Assembly: GCA_002411015.1 (NCBI GenBank)
Contig: DHPY01000104.1
Coordinates: forward strand, 56,101 to 120,100
DNA: 64,000 nt
Origin: Armatimonadetes bacterium UBA5352
Lineage (GTDB): Bacteria; Armatimonadota; Zipacnadia; Zipacnadales; UBA5352
Reading direction: 5' to 3'
In this document: positions 1 through 9,957 of the stretch, one piece after another
Layout of the letters: every line of letters begins with the position of its first letter
Numbering within the stretch: the first letter of the stretch is position 1
Translations under genes and position numbers: made by a program
Notes under the pieces: generated by a model
Seen by the model: only the letters and a program-made list of their open reading frames with translations
Told to the model about the DNA's origin: nothing
Database searches by the model: none

Positions 1-448
1 AGGCGTCGTGCAGCGCCTGGTCGAAGGGCGACCAGCAGACCAGCGCCGCCAGCGTCGGGATGCGCTCGGTGATGAACAGCCGCAGCCCGACGGGAATCGC
101 GAGACCATCCACGCGCTCGTGCAGGTCCATCCCGTGCTCCAGCGGATGGCGCGGCTCAGCGCACCAGACCGGCATCCTGTCCGCGATCTCGATGCACATC
201 TGCTGCATCGCGTCCACGCGCGTGAGGAAGCCAAGCTCCGACTTCGGCCAGGCCCAGATCGCGCTCAGGAAGACGGTCCCGCGGCCCGTGGCGGTGCCGC
301 CACGCTCATCCTCCACGGTCACGGTCGCACGCGCCTCAGTTGCCTCCGTGATCGTCCCGCCGGTAAGCACCAGCGGCGAGCGCATCGGGTAGTCCTCGAA
401 GGTGATTGCTGCGTCTATGACCCGCACCGGGTAACCAGATTGAGGCAT
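1..448 (-). CDS. Enolase-superfamily (mandelate racemase/muconate lactonizing enzyme-like) protein, N-terminal part; the gene continues beyond the window start
   Basis: The reverse strand reads MPQSGYPVRVIDAAITFEDYPMRSPLVLTGGTITEATEARATVTVEDERGGTATGRGTV...SPFDQALHDA, an N-terminal capping-domain pattern (beta strands, DxxGxxGxGE-like segment, AhDxALwD-like end). It is open to the window edge and absent from the ORF track because it has no stop in the window. Confidence 0.45.
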   Translation of the reverse strand, partial: MPQSGYPVRVIDAAITFEDYPMRSPLVLTGGTITEATEARATVTVEDERGGTATGRGTVFLSAIWAWPKSELGFLTRVDAMQQMCIEIADRMPVWCAEPRHPLEHGMDLHERVDGLAIPVGLRLFITERIPTLAALVCWSPFDQALHDA

Positions 449-577
449 TCGTGCGCCTCCCAACCTCGTTTTTGTGTACGGCGCAGCATTCCCCGCGCCG
501 CACCGATGCTCCTTGCAGGAAGGTCCCGGGGCAGGGCCGGCGAAGGTTGCCCTATCACGACATCAGGAGGCGGCTTC

Positions 578-2452
578 ATGACGATCGTACTGGTTCTTCC
601 ACTCATCGCGATAGCCGCGGCTACCCATGCTCAGGATGGGGCCTTTGTGGATCACGGCGTGGGCGCCGCGGTGGCCGAAAGCCGCGGCTTCGTTGCTGCG
701 CAGGATGCCGAGGGCAATCCACTGCTCATCGCACTCAGCCTCGATATGAGCCCGCGCGGCTGGATATTGCTCATCGACCCCAATACCGGCGAGACCGAGC
801 AGTTCTACTACCCTGAAGGCGTTCCGAACTCGCCGCCCTACGCATCGCTGATGAGCGATAACGGGCGCTTCTACACCTTCGCGGGGAAGGTCTTCCTCGA
901 GTTCGATCCTGCGGCGCGCGAGTGGCTCTTCAACGGCATCCCGGCGCCCGGCGAAGCGTGCGTGACCGGTGATGCGGTCATTGACGGCGCCGACGGCCGG
1001 ATCTTCGCGGGCACAAACCCTAACTGCCGCCTCGTCAGCTACGACCCGCGCACGCAGGAGATGCGGGACCACGGGCAGCTTGATGACGCCGAGCACTATG
1101 TCTCCTACATGGCGATGGACGACAGCGGATGGGTCTACGCGGGCATCGGCACGGCGCGGCAGAACGTCGTTGCGTTCAACCCGGAGACGGGCGAGCGTGT
1201 GCAGATTCCATCGGAGGAGCAGCGCATCCTCGGCACCGGCATTGTTCGCAAGGCGATAGACGGTTTCGTCTACGGGAAGGTCGGCGACACGTGGTGGCGG
1301 TTGCATGAGGGGCGAGCAGAGGTGGTGGCCGCCGATGCGGTTCCGGCCGCGGCCCCGAGTGGCTCGATCGGCTGGGGGCAGCGGGATGCCACGCTCGCTG
1401 ATGGCACGGCAGTGCGGCTCGACCTTCCGGGGAAGAAGCTGACGGTGACGCCTCCGGGCGGCGAGGCGCGAGAGGTCGCATTCAGCTACGCGTCCGAAGG
1501 AGCCGACATCACGTCAATCGCGGCCGGGCCTGACGGCGACATCTACGCATCCAGTGCGCATCCCATGCACCTCGTGCGGTACGGCCCTGATGCGGACGAA
1601 CTGACCGACCTCGGGCCGGTCCCCGCCATCGGTGGTGGGAACATGTGCGCGATGACCGCGGCCGGCGACTACCTCTACGGCGCCTCCTACGCCGCCGGGC
1701 AGGTCTGGCGCTACGCCCCCGCGGCGCCATGGCAACCAGGCGCGCCGGAGGAGGCCAATCCCACCCCGATCGCGCAGTATAAGTCCGACCTCTGCCGGCC
1801 CCGGGCCTGTGTCGCCGATGCCTCGGAGCGCTGGGTCGTCTCAGGCGGCTTCGCCGGCTACGGCCTCTGCGGCGGCGGGCTCGCGATCCATGACCGGGAG
1901 ACCGGCGAGACTGAGCTTCTCAACCACGAGGTGGTCGCGCCGTTCGAGAGCACGATCACGATGCGCTTCCTGCCGGACGGGACGCTGGTGGGAGGAACGA
2001 GTATCCTTACGCCCGGCGGCGGCCACCCCCAGGCCACCCAGGGTACGCTCTACATCCTCGATCTCAACACGCGCGAGGTTATCTACCGGACGAATCCAGT
2101 GGAGGGCGCCCAGGAGGTCTTCAGCATCGAGGTCGGCCCGGACGGGCTCATCTACGGCCTCGCCAGCGGAGCGCGGTTCTTCGTCTTCGATCCGAAGACG
2201 CGCAAGATCGTGCACGCCGAGGACATGTCGGCCTACGGTGCGATGCCCCGCCAGACGCTGACACTTGGCCCGGACGGCAACATCTACGCGACCTTCACGA
2301 CATCGATCGTGCGCATCACGCCCGGCAGCTTCGAGCACGAACTGCTCGCTACGCCGCCTAAGCCAATCGGCGCGGGAGCGGTCATCATGAATGGCCGCCT
2401 CTACTACGCCAGCGGCTCACGTATCTGGAGTTGGGCGCTGCCCGCGGAGTAG
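578..2452 (+). CDS. Secreted beta-propeller repeat protein (PQQ/NHL/lactonase-like blades), function unknown
   Basis: The AGGAGG RBS at 565-570 and ATG at 578 give MTIVLVLPLIAIAAATHAQD, a signal peptide. Repeated DGRIFAGT, DGDIYAS, DGLIYGLASG and DGNIYATF blade-like motifs follow. The track ORF 8..2452 extends upstream only because the frame stays open across the antisense gene. Confidence 0.6.
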   Translation: MTIVLVLPLIAIAAATHAQDGAFVDHGVGAAVAESRGFVAAQDAEGNPLLIALSLDMSPRGWILLIDPNTGETEQFYYPEGVPNSPPYASLMSDNGRFYTFAGKVFLEFDPAAREWLFNGIPAPGEACVTGDAVIDGADGRIFAGTNPNCRLVSYDPRTQEMRDHGQLDDAEHYVSYMAMDDSGWVYAGIGTARQNVVAFNPETGERVQIPSEEQRILGTGIVRKAIDGFVYGKVGDTWWRLHEGRAEVVAADAVPAAAPSGSIGWGQRDATLADGTAVRLDLPGKKLTVTPPGGEAREVAFSYASEGADITSIAAGPDGDIYASSAHPMHLVRYGPDADELTDLGPVPAIGGGNMCAMTAAGDYLYGASYAAGQVWRYAPAAPWQPGAPEEANPTPIAQYKSDLCRPRACVADASERWVVSGGFAGYGLCGGGLAIHDRETGETELLNHEVVAPFESTITMRFLPDGTLVGGTSILTPGGGHPQATQGTLYILDLNTREVIYRTNPVEGAQEVFSIEVGPDGLIYGLASGARFFVFDPKTRKIVHAEDMSAYGAMPRQTLTLGPDGNIYATFTTSIVRITPGSFEHELLATPPKPIGAGAVIMNGRLYYASGSRIWSWALPAE

Positions 2453-2521
2453 CCGGGCACGCCGACCCATCACGATAGGGAACGCGCCCGCCGCGGGCGG
2501 ACTGCGGCGGGCGCGCGATCC

Positions 2522-2899
2522 TCACTGGCTCTGCTGCTGCTCCATCCACTTCGGATTGAGCTCCCAGAGCCCCACCAAGTTGCCATCGGGATCGGCGATC
2601 AGTGCCGCCCACCCCATCTCGCCAACCGCGCTCTTCTCCGAGATGACCTTCGCGCCAAGAGCCCGGGCCTTCTGAAGGTAATCGTCAATGCTCGGCACGT
2701 CGAAGTAGATGGTCTGCATCTGCTCAGGGCGCTCGCGCTTCGCTATCCCACCGCCGGGCGTGGAGCCGGTTGTGACGCTCCAGTACTCCATGCCTCCCTC
2801 GAACTCCCCGATGGTCCAGTCGAAGAGCTTGCGGTAGAACTCCGCGAGCGCTTCAGGGTTGTCGGCGACGAACTCGAAGTGAACCAGGGGACTGCCCAT
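2522..2899 (-). CDS. VOC family protein (glyoxalase/bleomycin-resistance/dioxygenase fold)
   Basis: MGSPLVHFEFVADNPEALAEFYRKLFDW...DPDGNLVGLWE is a typical VOC beta-alpha-beta-beta-beta module. The internal ATG at 2899 has a GAGGAG RBS 9 nt upstream. The track start at 2935 has an RBS that is too close. Confidence 0.8.
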   Translation of the reverse strand: MGSPLVHFEFVADNPEALAEFYRKLFDWTIGEFEGGMEYWSVTTGSTPGGGIAKRERPEQMQTIYFDVPSIDDYLQKARALGAKVISEKSAVGEMGWAALIADPDGNLVGLWELNPKWMEQQQSQ

Positions 2900-3213
2900 G
2901 CGCCACCACTCCTCTGCGATGCCTGCGTGCTGCATAACCTCGATTCAGGACTTCGGCGGCCGCCACTGTCTTCCTGCACGGTCGCAAGTGGGGGCATCGG
3001 CTGGGGCCGCAAAATGACCCTTGACTTTCAGGATGAGGCGTGAAACACTTCCGTGTAGGCGCGTGTTATATGTACTGACAGCGACGCATCCAGGGCCCGG
3101 TTTGCCTGCATTCATGATCCTGCACCGTGCGCCGCTGAGCGTTCCGCCCGCTCGCGGCCGCCGGCAAATCCCTGTCTCCTCGTGTGTGAGGCCATAGGCG
3201 AGGGGTGAGACAG

Positions 3214-3567
3214 ATGCTGCACGCACTGCCGCGCGTCATGACCGGTGTTGAGCTTGGGCTGGCAGCCCTCACGCTCCTCATCGGCGCGAGCTTCGTCGCG
3301 CTGGTGAACGTGGGGGTCGAAGGAGTGATGCGACCGCCCATCCTGGCATTCATCGCACTGACGACAGTGGTGCTGCTGGCCTGGAACGGGCTCAGTGTCT
3401 ACAGGCGCTACAGGCGCCTGCGCAGCGGTCACTGTGGCAACCAGTTCTGCCACGGACTGCTGACGAGCAGCCCGGACATCCCGGCGCACCTGCTGATCTG
3501 CGATCACTGCCGCCGGGTGTGGCCGAAGCTCGCTGAGCCAGAGCCACAGCCCGCTCCGGCCGGGTGA
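3214..3567 (+). CDS. Small membrane protein with two TM helices and a C-terminal Cys/His zinc-ribbon-like cluster
   Basis: MLHALPRVMTGVELGLAALTLLIGASFVALV... has two hydrophobic helices, then CGNQFCHG...CDHCRRVW. A GAGGGGTGAG RBS precedes the ATG at 3214. The track start is a GTG at 3205. Confidence 0.45.
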   Translation: MLHALPRVMTGVELGLAALTLLIGASFVALVNVGVEGVMRPPILAFIALTTVVLLAWNGLSVYRRYRRLRSGHCGNQFCHGLLTSSPDIPAHLLICDHCRRVWPKLAEPEPQPAPAG

Positions 3568-3591
3568 GCGCTCTCACGAGCAACGCCCTGC

Positions 3592-3618
3592 CCGCGGGAT
3601 GCGGGGGGCATCCCGCGG
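3592..3618. terminator. Bidirectional GC hairpin between convergent genes (11-bp perfect stem ccgcgggatgc/gcatcccgcgg, 5-nt loop)
   Basis: A perfect inverted repeat sits directly between the stop of 3214..3567 (+) and the stop of 3643..4716 (-). Confidence 0.45.
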
Positions 3619-3642
3619 TTCCAGCACGCGCGGTCGATCTCC

Positions 3643-4716
3643 CTACAGCCACTGCTTCATGAAACGCAGTCCTGTCTCCACCCGGATCTCATGCCCGCCC
3701 TCATGCAGGTCAAGCTCGCAGCGTTCCGCGATCCGAAGGCGCTCGTAATGAGAGCGCGTGCAGGCGAACTCCTCCTGCACCCATGGCCACCAGGCGATGC
3801 CATCGGCCTTCCCCGTCTGCGACATCACCGGCCGCGGACAGATCAGCGAGACGAGGTCTGAGTCGGTGAACTCGCGCAGCCATCCGGGGATGAAGATATG
3901 CTCCTCCTGGGTCGAGAGGAAGCAGGAGTGGCGAGGATCATCCACCACCATCTTCCGCAGCCGGTGGTTGAACCACGCGCAGATGATCCCCGCTTTGATC
4001 CGCTGCTCCACGGGCATGGTGAAGATCGTGTACGCGCCGCCGAGGCTGATCCCCCACATCCCGAGGCGCTCCGTGTCGAACTCCGGCCGCGTCTGCGCGT
4101 AGTCGATCAGCCGGCTGATCTTCGCGATCTCGAGGCCCCAGAGCGTCTTCCCGAGCATCAGGCAGAGCCGCCCGTAGCGCGCCCGCGGCGGCCCCTGCGT
4201 GATGTTCATCGGGGAGATCACCGCGAAGCCGGCCTCCAGCGCGCGCTGTGCGTAGCCGCGGTAGATGCCGGAGCCATCGTCGAAGCCGAAGGTCTTCTCC
4301 GGCGATGAGCCGATCCCGTGCTGGCAGATGATCGTCGGGTATGGCGGCTCACCGATCTTCGGCACTGCGAACACGCCCCTGCCGCGCAGGTTGCCGTAGA
4401 GGCGCAGCGTGACCCACTCGGCGCGGAAGCGCTCGTTTTCGGCGAAAGGCTCCACCAGCGGCTCCATCTCCGCCGCCGGGGGCCCGAAGTCGCCCACCGC
4501 CTCCAGCCAGCGCTGGCGGTTCGGCTCGACGGACGCGAGGTAGGCCTCCTCGGAGGAGTAGTCGCGTGCCCAGTACTGCGCCTGGCGCTCGTCGTAGTTG
4601 AGACTGAGCGCGCGCAGGAAGTCTTCAGTCTCGTGGCGCAGCAGGTTCTGGCGGTCGGTGATCCCGCGCTGGATGAGGCCAGGCGGCGCGTCGAAGGCGT
4701 TGTCGAAGAAGGTCAT
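3643..4716 (-). CDS. Alpha/beta-fold hydrolase (acetyl-xylan-esterase / dienelactone-hydrolase-like), paralog of 22018..23052
   Basis: GISLGG nucleophile elbow (GxSxG), a central PTIICQHGIGSS region and the N-terminus MTFFDNAFDAPP. It is homologous along its whole length to the ORF at 22018. Start chosen at the Met with an AGGGAGAGA RBS 7 nt upstream, which matches the paralog N-terminus. Confidence 0.7.
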   Translation of the reverse strand: MTFFDNAFDAPPGLIQRGITDRQNLLRHETEDFLRALSLNYDERQAQYWARDYSSEEAYLASVEPNRQRWLEAVGDFGPPAAEMEPLVEPFAENERFRAEWVTLRLYGNLRGRGVFAVPKIGEPPYPTIICQHGIGSSPEKTFGFDDGSGIYRGYAQRALEAGFAVISPMNITQGPPRARYGRLCLMLGKTLWGLEIAKISRLIDYAQTRPEFDTERLGMWGISLGGAYTIFTMPVEQRIKAGIICAWFNHRLRKMVVDDPRHSCFLSTQEEHIFIPGWLREFTDSDLVSLICPRPVMSQTGKADGIAWWPWVQEEFACTRSHYERLRIAERCELDLHEGGHEIRVETGLRFMKQWL

Positions 4717-4870
4717 CCGCAATCTCTCCCTCATGAGCCCGTTCTGTGGCGGGAGCAGATTCACCAGGTGGCGCCATATGACCTGCGCGGGAAGCAGGTC
4801 CAAATGGAAGGCGCCGCGGGACTAACTCGGCGGCGCCTGGAGGAGCCAGTCAACGTCCAGCCTGCGCGTC

Positions 4871-5653
4871 TTAGGTGCGTCGCCGCCTCACTGCCATGAC
4901 AACCGGAGCGCCCGCAAGCAGCAGCAGCGCGCTGACCGGCTCGGGCGTGCACTCGGTGGCCGTGTGCCAGTCGTCCAGCAGGAAGCTGGATCCCTGCCCC
5001 ATCACGAGATCGATGGTCAGATCCTCGGCAACTGCATTCGGACTTGCCTCGGTCCACAGGTTCCACGCATCCCATTGCTCAAGGAGCAGCTCTCCCGGAA
5101 ACTGCGAATGTGCGTTGGGGAGCGCCACGCCGAATGTGGCTGTGGCGGTGCCTCCACCGAACCACGCATCATACTCCTGCCAGATCCGCTTGTAGTCCCG
5201 GGCATCAGGCAGGTTGTCCAGGTGCCAGGTCATGCGCCATGACGTGGGTTCGGATGCCCGGTAGACTCCGTAGACTCCGGTCCTGCCGCTGCCGAAGGGG
5301 TCTGCGGCATACCACGACGGTCCAACTCCGGTGATCACCTCGACGTCAAACCAGTCGGAGTCATAGAGTGTCAGATCGTACGTGCCCTCGAGATCGTAGT
5401 TGACGACATGCAGACCGTTGTTCCCATTGACGACGCCATTGCCGGGGTAGAGCTCCAGCGCATCCGGATTGTTCGCGTCCGCGCCCCATACCGCGGGGTC
5501 ACTGCCGAAGTCGATCAGCGCATTGCGCTGATAGGGGAAGGCTGTGTCCCATGGAAGACCGCTCGCCTCAGGCGGGTTTTCGAATGGCTCCGCCCATGCG
5601 AAGGCGCAACTCACCACCATGATGACTACGACGACACACCAACTCTTGCCCAT
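4871..5653 (-). CDS. Secreted PEP-CTERM-anchored protein (exosortase substrate)
   Basis: N-terminal signal peptide MGKSWCVVVVIMVVSCAFAWA. The C-terminus TPEPVSALLLLAGAPVVMAVRRRRT is the PEP motif, a hydrophobic helix and an Arg cluster. Confidence 0.7.
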   Translation of the reverse strand: MGKSWCVVVVIMVVSCAFAWAEPFENPPEASGLPWDTAFPYQRNALIDFGSDPAVWGADANNPDALELYPGNGVVNGNNGLHVVNYDLEGTYDLTLYDSDWFDVEVITGVGPSWYAADPFGSGRTGVYGVYRASEPTSWRMTWHLDNLPDARDYKRIWQEYDAWFGGGTATATFGVALPNAHSQFPGELLLEQWDAWNLWTEASPNAVAEDLTIDLVMGQGSSFLLDDWHTATECTPEPVSALLLLAGAPVVMAVRRRRT

Positions 5654-5913
5654 CTACCTCTCCCTCCTCCAGTTCGCGTAACGCACGCACAGAGACTGAG
5701 CTCGGCTCGATCGCGCCTGCTCAGGTGACCATGAGGAATTAAGCGCGGTCGCCCCGCACGAAGTCAACCAGCAGCGGGGCCTGAGAGCATTCTGTGAGCT
5801 TCATAAACTCGTGCATGGTGTATGTACAGGGGTTTTCGCGGATGCGCTGGAGGGGGGTTATCTTACCGCGGCGAACCTCCACGGGCAGCGACAACTGCCA
5901 GGAGGTCAATCCA

Positions 5914-8541
5914 ATGCGTTCCATCCTCATGATCCTGATTGCCGCGACCACCTCGGCCGCCCTGTACGCACAGGACCGCCCGGTGCTGATGGTGAACGAT
6001 GCGGAGGATGCATCGTTGTGGCGAGGCGGGGAGGCCTCCACCGCACACGTGTCCGAGGGGCAGCGGTCTATCCGCTGGCAGCTCGCAGACCAGGGCAATG
6101 AACTGCGCCTGGAGGCCATCCCGCACGACTGGTCGGGCTACAACGCGCTCTCGTTCGACCTGTACTCGGAGAAGGCCACGGATTCGCGGTTGTGGCTGCT
6201 CCTTCCGTCCGAGAACCCGGACACCGAGGGGCCAGACTACTTCAGCGTCAGCCTGCGCCTCGACTTCGAGGGCTGGCGGCACTTCATCTTCTCGTTCGAT
6301 GAGATTGGCATGGCCCGCACCCCGCTCGGCTGGCAGGCGATCGAGTCATTGCGGCTGCACTCGGCCTGGGCGCCCGACACAGTCGTTGATCCAGAGGCGG
6401 TGGTCTTCGTGGACAACATCAAGCTGGAGCAATATGACTCAACCGGTCCGCGCATGACTGACCGCGAGTTCCTCGACGCTCTCGACCTCGAGCGGTCGGA
6501 GCTTGCCGCGATTCGCGAGGCTGTCGAGGCGGGCGATCCTGAGGCAGCGAAGTTGGCGTGGGCCGCGCATCTGCGCGCGCGCCACGAGCCTCGCTGGAAG
6601 GAGATGTGGTTCGAGCGCCCCGAGCCTGTCCCCGCTACGCCTGCGGTTATCGGGCAGGCGGATCTCGCGATGCAGCACATCTTTCGCTGGCAGAGCGATG
6701 AGTTCTTCCTCGGCGAGGACATAGACTGGTCGCAGAACCAGATGACAGAGGGCGAGAGCGCCACGATTGAGTGGAACGCGAACCTCAACCGCCACGGGCT
6801 GTTCAACATCCTCTCGCAAGCCTACTGGCGCACAGGCGATGAGAAGTACGCGCAGAAGCTAGTGGAGATGTGGCTCGCCTGGATCGAGGACGCGCCGGTG
6901 CTGCTGAACGCCTCCGGGAACTCACCATATCATTGGGCGTGGGAGACGCTCAACACCGCCGTCCGCACCAGCGGTTCCTGGCCGCGGTCGCTCTTCAGGA
7001 CGATCGACTCGCCGGCGTGGACTGATGAGGCGCTGGTCACGGTCACGAAGTCCTTCGCCGAGCACGCCCGGCACCTCATGAAGCACCCGAGCCATGGCAA
7101 CTGGCTGACCGCCGAATCGACCGGCCTCTACTACACCGGGGTGCTCTTCCCCGAGTTCGCCGAAGCCTCAACGTGGCGCGAGACCGCCCTCAGCCGCCTC
7201 TATGAGCAGATGGAGCGCGAGGTCTACCCGGACGGCCTGGAGTATGAGCTTGCACTCGGCTACGGCCTATGGGTGCTGCGCAACTATGCTGACGTGATGG
7301 ACTTTGCGCTGCTCAACGACCAGCGTGATGAGCTTCCCGCAGATTGGCTCGACCGCATCGAGAGCATGTACGACTACGTCCTCTACGCCTCGATGCCGAA
7401 CGGCCTCGTACCGGGGCTCAACGACTCCGGTAACGCGGACCGCCAGGCGTACATGGAGGCGGCTGCGCGCTTCTTCTCCGACCGCGCCGACTTCGCGTGG
7501 GCAGCATCAGGCGGCGCTCAGGGCGAGCCTCCCGATGACGCCTCGCGCGCGTTCGACTACTCCGGGCACTACGTTATGCGCACCGGCTGGGAGCCGGATG
7601 ACCTGTATCTGTTGATGGACGCCGGCCCGTTCGGCTCCGGCCATCAACATGAGGACAAGCTTACCCTGGTCCTCTACGCCCTCGGGCGGATGCACCTCGT
7701 GGACGCGGGAAACTACATGTACGACAAGAGCCGCTGGCGCCGCTATGTGCTCTCCACGCGCGGGCACAACACGGTACGCGTGGATGACCTCGACCAGCAC
7801 AGGCGCGGCCTGCGAGAGACCTACATACTCGATTTCCCGTTCCAGCCCCTGAATAATGCCTGGGCGAGCGGTGAGGACTTCGACTTCGCCCGCGGTGTCT
7901 ATGACCTCGGCTACGGTGATGAGAACCAGGTGCGCGTGCGGCATGAGCGCAGTGTGCTGTTCGTCAAGCCGCAGTACTGGCTCGTCGTGGACCGCATGAC
8001 GCCGGAGGATGCGGCGGAGCATTCCTACGAGTCGCTCTTCCACCTGGACGCGGATGACGCGACCGTTGCCAATGACCTCTCGGTCACATCGGTGACCGGC
8101 GAGGGCCAGAGCCGCCTACGGATCCTGCCGATGCTCTCGACGGACCTGCGTGCTGAGGTCGTCAAGGGTCGCGAGGAGGAGCCGGTGCAGGGCTGGTCTT
8201 ACGCGATGATCGGCCGTAGAGGCGCGATCCCAGTGGCCGGCTACTCAGTGAGCGGCACGGGGGAGCAGACGATGGTCTACGTGCTGGAGCCGATTGCGGC
8301 CGACGGCGAGAGCGCACTGCTCAGCGTAGAGCCACTGGATTCAGCCGAGGGCGTCATCGCCGGGCAGATCACGCTGCGTGATGGCTCCAGGCACCTCTTC
8401 GGGCTCCAGAGCGGGCAGGGCGAGGTCGCATTCGGCGGCTTCGCCAGCGATGCCGAGGTGGCGTTCGTGGAGGTGTTGGCTGACGGTCGCACCGGCCGGA
8501 GTTTCCTCTTCGGCGGCGAGGAGCTTCGCCAGGCGCCCTGA
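5914..8541 (+). CDS. Heparinase II/III-family polysaccharide lyase with N-terminal alginate-lyase-like alpha/alpha toroid domain
   Basis: GGAGG RBS and ATG at 5914 give the signal peptide MRSILMILIAATTSAALYAQ. NSPYHWAWETLN and HGNWLTAESTGLYYTG lie in the toroid region. GHQHEDKLTLVLYALG...DAGNYMYD...RGHNTVRVDD matches the Hepar_II_III C-terminal domain. Confidence 0.8.
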   Translation: MRSILMILIAATTSAALYAQDRPVLMVNDAEDASLWRGGEASTAHVSEGQRSIRWQLADQGNELRLEAIPHDWSGYNALSFDLYSEKATDSRLWLLLPSENPDTEGPDYFSVSLRLDFEGWRHFIFSFDEIGMARTPLGWQAIESLRLHSAWAPDTVVDPEAVVFVDNIKLEQYDSTGPRMTDREFLDALDLERSELAAIREAVEAGDPEAAKLAWAAHLRARHEPRWKEMWFERPEPVPATPAVIGQADLAMQHIFRWQSDEFFLGEDIDWSQNQMTEGESATIEWNANLNRHGLFNILSQAYWRTGDEKYAQKLVEMWLAWIEDAPVLLNASGNSPYHWAWETLNTAVRTSGSWPRSLFRTIDSPAWTDEALVTVTKSFAEHARHLMKHPSHGNWLTAESTGLYYTGVLFPEFAEASTWRETALSRLYEQMEREVYPDGLEYELALGYGLWVLRNYADVMDFALLNDQRDELPADWLDRIESMYDYVLYASMPNGLVPGLNDSGNADRQAYMEAAARFFSDRADFAWAASGGAQGEPPDDASRAFDYSGHYVMRTGWEPDDLYLLMDAGPFGSGHQHEDKLTLVLYALGRMHLVDAGNYMYDKSRWRRYVLSTRGHNTVRVDDLDQHRRGLRETYILDFPFQPLNNAWASGEDFDFARGVYDLGYGDENQVRVRHERSVLFVKPQYWLVVDRMTPEDAAEHSYESLFHLDADDATVANDLSVTSVTGEGQSRLRILPMLSTDLRAEVVKGREEEPVQGWSYAMIGRRGAIPVAGYSVSGTGEQTMVYVLEPIAADGESALLSVEPLDSAEGVIAGQITLRDGSRHLFGLQSGQGEVAFGGFASDAEVAFVEVLADGRTGRSFLFGGEELRQAP

Positions 8542-8609
8542 GGTCGGAGGAGCATCATCCCACCGCGCCGAAGGGGGAAGTCAGCGCGGGCACACCACCG
8601 CAGGCGAAG

Positions 8610-9866
8610 GTGACACCTTTGGATTACGCCGACGTTGCCGAACTCTTCAAGCTCTTCGCGATCTCCCTCGTACTCGGCGCCTTCATCGGGCTCGAGCGCG
8701 AGAAGAAGGAGAAGCGGCCCCTCGGCATCCGCAGCTTCGCGTTCATCTCGCTGACCGGCACGCTGTCCGCCTACGTAGCGCAGGAGACCGGAATGCCGTG
8801 GGTGCTGCCCGCGGCGTTCCTGGTCATCGGCGCGCTCATTATCGTCGGGCACATCGGCTACCTCTCGCAGGGCCGGCTGGGCCTCACGACTGAGCTGGCG
8901 GCAGTCCTCACCTTCGGTATTGGTGTGCTCGTGCAGGTCGGCCCGATGGAGCTTGCGGTAGCGCTCGGCGTGGTCTCGGCAGCGTTCCTGCACTTCAAGC
9001 CCGAGCTGCATGCTCTCGCCGACAGGACCGGCGGCAAGCACATGTACGCGATCCTGCAGTTCGGCATGGTCGCGTTCGTGGTGCTGCCGGTCCTGCCGAA
9101 CCGCTCCTACGGCCCGTTCGAGGTCCTTAACCCCTACAACATCTGGCTGATGGTCGTCTTCGTCTCGGCGATCAATCTTGTGGGCTATGCGTCCTACAAA
9201 CTGATCGGCTCGCAGCGGGGCGGTGCGGTAGCGGGACTTGTCGGCGGAATGGTCTCGAGCACCGCGACCACCTATAGCTTCTCTCAACGCACCCATCTCG
9301 CGCCCGCTCTCAACTACGCCGCCACCCTCGCGATCATTCTCGCGACGGCCGTCACCATCCCACGCATGGCCATCGAGATCGGCGCGGTCAACCAGCAATT
9401 CCTGGCCTCCATCTGGCCGTCACTGCTGATCGTGTTTGTGGCTTCATTGATCCCCGTGGCTGTGCTGTGGTTCCGGCGCACGGACGACTCCAACACGGAG
9501 GCGCCGGAGATCGATAACCCGGTCCAGCTTGGCGCGGCGCTGATTTTCGGCCTGCTCTACGGCATCATCACCCTCGCCATGGCGGCCGGCGAGTACTACT
9601 ACGGAGATGCCGGCACGTACCTGGTAAGCGCGATATCGGGCCTCGGGAATGTAGACGCCATCACCCTCAGCAGCTCGCGCCTCGTGGGTCAGGGCCGGCT
9701 TCCGGTCGAGACCGCCCGGAACGTCATCGTCATCGCCTACATGTCGAACCTCGTCATGAAGGCCGCACTCGCCACCTTTGTCGGAAGCAAGCGCCTGGGC
9801 AGAACCGTCGCGGCCTGCTTCGCCGCAGCCTTTGCCGCAGCGGCGGCTGTCATGCTGCTCATGTAG
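8610..9866 (+). CDS. MgtC/SapB family membrane protein with DUF4010 C-terminal domain
   Basis: MTPLDYADVAELFKLFAISLVLGAFIGLEREKKEK is the MgtC signature (LGxxIGxERE). A polytopic membrane C-terminal half follows. GTG start. Confidence 0.8.
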   Translation: MTPLDYADVAELFKLFAISLVLGAFIGLEREKKEKRPLGIRSFAFISLTGTLSAYVAQETGMPWVLPAAFLVIGALIIVGHIGYLSQGRLGLTTELAAVLTFGIGVLVQVGPMELAVALGVVSAAFLHFKPELHALADRTGGKHMYAILQFGMVAFVVLPVLPNRSYGPFEVLNPYNIWLMVVFVSAINLVGYASYKLIGSQRGGAVAGLVGGMVSSTATTYSFSQRTHLAPALNYAATLAIILATAVTIPRMAIEIGAVNQQFLASIWPSLLIVFVASLIPVAVLWFRRTDDSNTEAPEIDNPVQLGAALIFGLLYGIITLAMAAGEYYYGDAGTYLVSAISGLGNVDAITLSSSRLVGQGRLPVETARNVIVIAYMSNLVMKAALATFVGSKRLGRTVAACFAAAFAAAAAVMLLM

Positions 9867-9957
9867 TGCGCACGTCCGATCCCCGACACAATCTCACCCA
9901 CGGCCTTTTCTTGTTATTCGTGTTGCGATATCATCGTTATCGTGGCGAGATCGATCC

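Noticed and set aside
8-577. N-terminal 190-codon extension of track ORF 8..2452
   Set aside because: It lies antisense to the enolase-superfamily gene. The real start at 578 has an AGGAGG RBS and a signal peptide.
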